Source: Podarcis gaigeae
Taxonomy: Eukaryota
Length of the DNA stretch: 64,000 nucleotides
NCBI GenBank assembly: GCA_964106915.2
Contig: OZ066914.1
Direction: 5' to 3' (one strand)
Of the stretch, positions 62,419 to 64,000 are shown in pieces (position 1 is the stretch's first letter; the number at the start of each line of letters is the position of its first letter). Under the pieces are notes generated by a model that made no database searches, was not told where the DNA came from, and saw only the letters and a program-made list of their open reading frames with translations. The position numbers and the translations under genes are program-made.

Positions 62419-63459
62419 TCAGCCTGGTGCCCCATTGAGGTCTGCCTCTGCAGGGCAATGATGACCATGTGGCAAGTGGGACTTTGCTTTGGCTTTCCTT
62501 TCCTTGCGCCCCTGTCTTTGACAACAGCCCCCACAGCATTTGGTGGCCATGTCTGTCCAAAATTGTGTGTACTGTCTGTTGCCAAGGCTCAGGATGACAG
62601 GCAGTGCAGCTGCGCTGCTGGTGCCTATGCAGGTGACGATAGGAATAATGAGAGGGTGGATGTTATGATTATGATCTATAGACAGCAGTGAGATATTCAG
62701 GCAAACAATATAGGGCACCCAGCAGGCCACGAAGATGAAGGAGACACTAGCAATCTTCTTAGCATTCCTCAGTTCCAGTTGCTGCTCCAGCTCTGAAGGG
62801 GGCTGGCCTTGGTTGACTGAATGAAGGAGTCTTGTGATGTCCTTAAGCTGCCTTCGGGATGTGCACAGCACCTGGATGCACATGAAGCCCATGGCAAGGA
62901 TGGATGGAATGAGGAGGCCATAGGTCTCTAGATAGAGGTAAGGAATAGGGAAGACCAGACCAAAGGAACAGTTGGCATGGGGCCGCCACTGGTTCCAAGC
63001 CAGTGGGAGGCATGCAAAGATCAAAGGAGCTGTCCAGGCTATGAATATGTAAAAACCAGGCCAGCGATACACCCAGGACCGGTGGTAATGCAGTGAGTGG
63101 ATGATGAACACATACTTAACATAGTGCACCACCAGCAGGTTGGCTAAGAAAGCAAGGAAGATGAAGTTAGGTGCCACATAGTTGAAGAAGCAGAGGTGGT
63201 AGTTTAAATCCTTCGTCGAGGACAGCTCAGGAATATTGGGAAGGAATAAGCCGGCCAGAAGATCAGCAAAGAGTAGGCTCAGGAAGAACCAGTTGCTGGT
63301 GTTGCGGAGTCTACGGTTGAAGAGGATCCCAAGGATGAGGAAGATGTTGGCCAAAACAATGAAGGCTGACAGGGGCCTTGAGAGCCAGATGATGATATTT
63401 TGTGTCATAGTTTCTGTGTCTCTAGTGAGGACTCCCCTATCCTCTGCACCTTCCGACAT
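62419..63459 (-). CDS. GPBAR1: G protein-coupled bile acid receptor 1 (TGR5), about 346 aa, single coding exon
   Basis: 7TM ORF with GPBAR1 motifs FFLSLLFADLLAG, YVAPNF, ANCS, YLYLETYGLLIP, RRQLKDI, CWVPY and SAAALP; convergent with AAMP as in other amniotes. The ORF-track start at 63507 falls in intron-like sequence: a branch/pyrimidine tract and acceptor TTCCATTAG|G at 63467/63466 put the likely ATG at 63459 (MSEGAED). Confidence 0.92.
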   Translation of the reverse strand: MSEGAEDRGVLTRDTETMTQNIIIWLSRPLSAFIVLANIFLILGILFNRRLRNTSNWFFLSLLFADLLAGLFLPNIPELSSTKDLNYHLCFFNYVAPNFIFLAFLANLLVVHYVKYVFIIHSLHYHRSWVYRWPGFYIFIAWTAPLIFACLPLAWNQWRPHANCSFGLVFPIPYLYLETYGLLIPSILAMGFMCIQVLCTSRRQLKDITRLLHSVNQGQPPSELEQQLELRNAKKIASVSFIFVACWVPYIVCLNISLLSIDHNHNIHPLIIPIVTCIGTSSAAALPVILSLGNRQYTQFWTDMATKCCGGCCQRQGRKERKAKAKSHLPHGHHCPAEADLNGAPG

Positions 63460-63559
63460 TGACTTCCTAATGGAAATGAGAAAGCACCCCATGTTATTAT
63501 TCAGCAAAGCCAGAAGGTTAGCTTGGCAAACTACATTTCACTTCCAAACCACTGTGGCC

Positions 63560-63980
63560 TGATGATCGTCTTCCAAAGCAACTACTCTATTCTGAACTTA
63601 AAAATGGTAAGCGTAATACTGGTGGGTCAACAAAAGACGTTCAAAGACTCTCTCAAGGCAAATCTTTAAAAATGTAGTATGAACAGTGAAAACTGGGAAA
63701 CACTGGCTTGCAAGCATTCCAGTTGAATAACAGCCTTTACCAAAGGTGTCATGGACTTTGAAGAAGCACGAACTCAAGATGAAAGTGAGAAATGTGCTAA
63801 GAGGAAAGCACGCTTGGCAAACCCTCACTGTGATCAACTCCTGCCCGAAAACCTATGTCCCCGCTGTGGAAGGACATGTGGATCCAGAATTGGCCTCCAC
63901 AGTCACTTACGGACTTACTTTTAAAACCGTGTATATGAAAGACAAACTTACTTGGCTACAAGTGATCGCCGAAGAAGAAA
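63560..63980 (+). mobile_element. RTE-clade LINE 3' fragment
   Basis: Decayed ORF DDRLPKQLLYSELKNGKR...KDSLKANL..WETLA and a C2H2-like CPRCGRTCGSRIGLHSHLR, ending in a short (GAA)n tail. Confidence 0.7.
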
Positions 63981-64000
63981 TATTTCACTGACATGATTAT

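Noticed and set aside
63460-63507. N-terminal extension MLNNNMGCFLISIRKS of GPBAR1
   Set aside because: It overlaps a branch point, pyrimidine tract and AG acceptor at 63467, so it is most likely intronic.

Overview
Vertebrate genomic DNA, almost certainly a squamate reptile and probably a lacertid lizard (inferred from the repeat complement: BovB, L2, CR1, Penelope-type palindrome, hAT and mariner MITEs). It matches the conserved amniote block TMBIM1-PNKD-AAMP-GPBAR1. Splicing exons by hand from GT-AG sites gives five genes: TMBIM1 (+, 11 coding exons, 315 aa); a second, intact but diverged tandem TMBIM1 paralog (+, 11 coding exons, 258 aa, about 65% identical over the membrane domain, N-terminus cut down and PSAP lost); the short isoform of PNKD (-, 3 exons, about 138 aa); AAMP (+, 11 exons, 425 aa), head-to-head with PNKD on a 359-bp bidirectional promoter; and GPBAR1/TGR5 (-, single coding exon). 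Main leads: (1) the TMBIM1 tandem paralog, its altered ESCRT/NEDD4 late-domain motifs and a candidate NF-kB/STAT/ETS promoter; (2) an 825-bp solo LTR whose U3 appears to carry a roughly 230-codon ORF, broken by one homopolymer slip, with synonymous-site variation among internal repeats; (3) an E/DRY-to-VKY change in GPBAR1; (4) several transposon-built RNA structures and motifs. Most entries in the supplied ORF track are spurious. No rRNA, tRNA or CRISPR array was found. Comparisons with human proteins are from memory, not from database searches.
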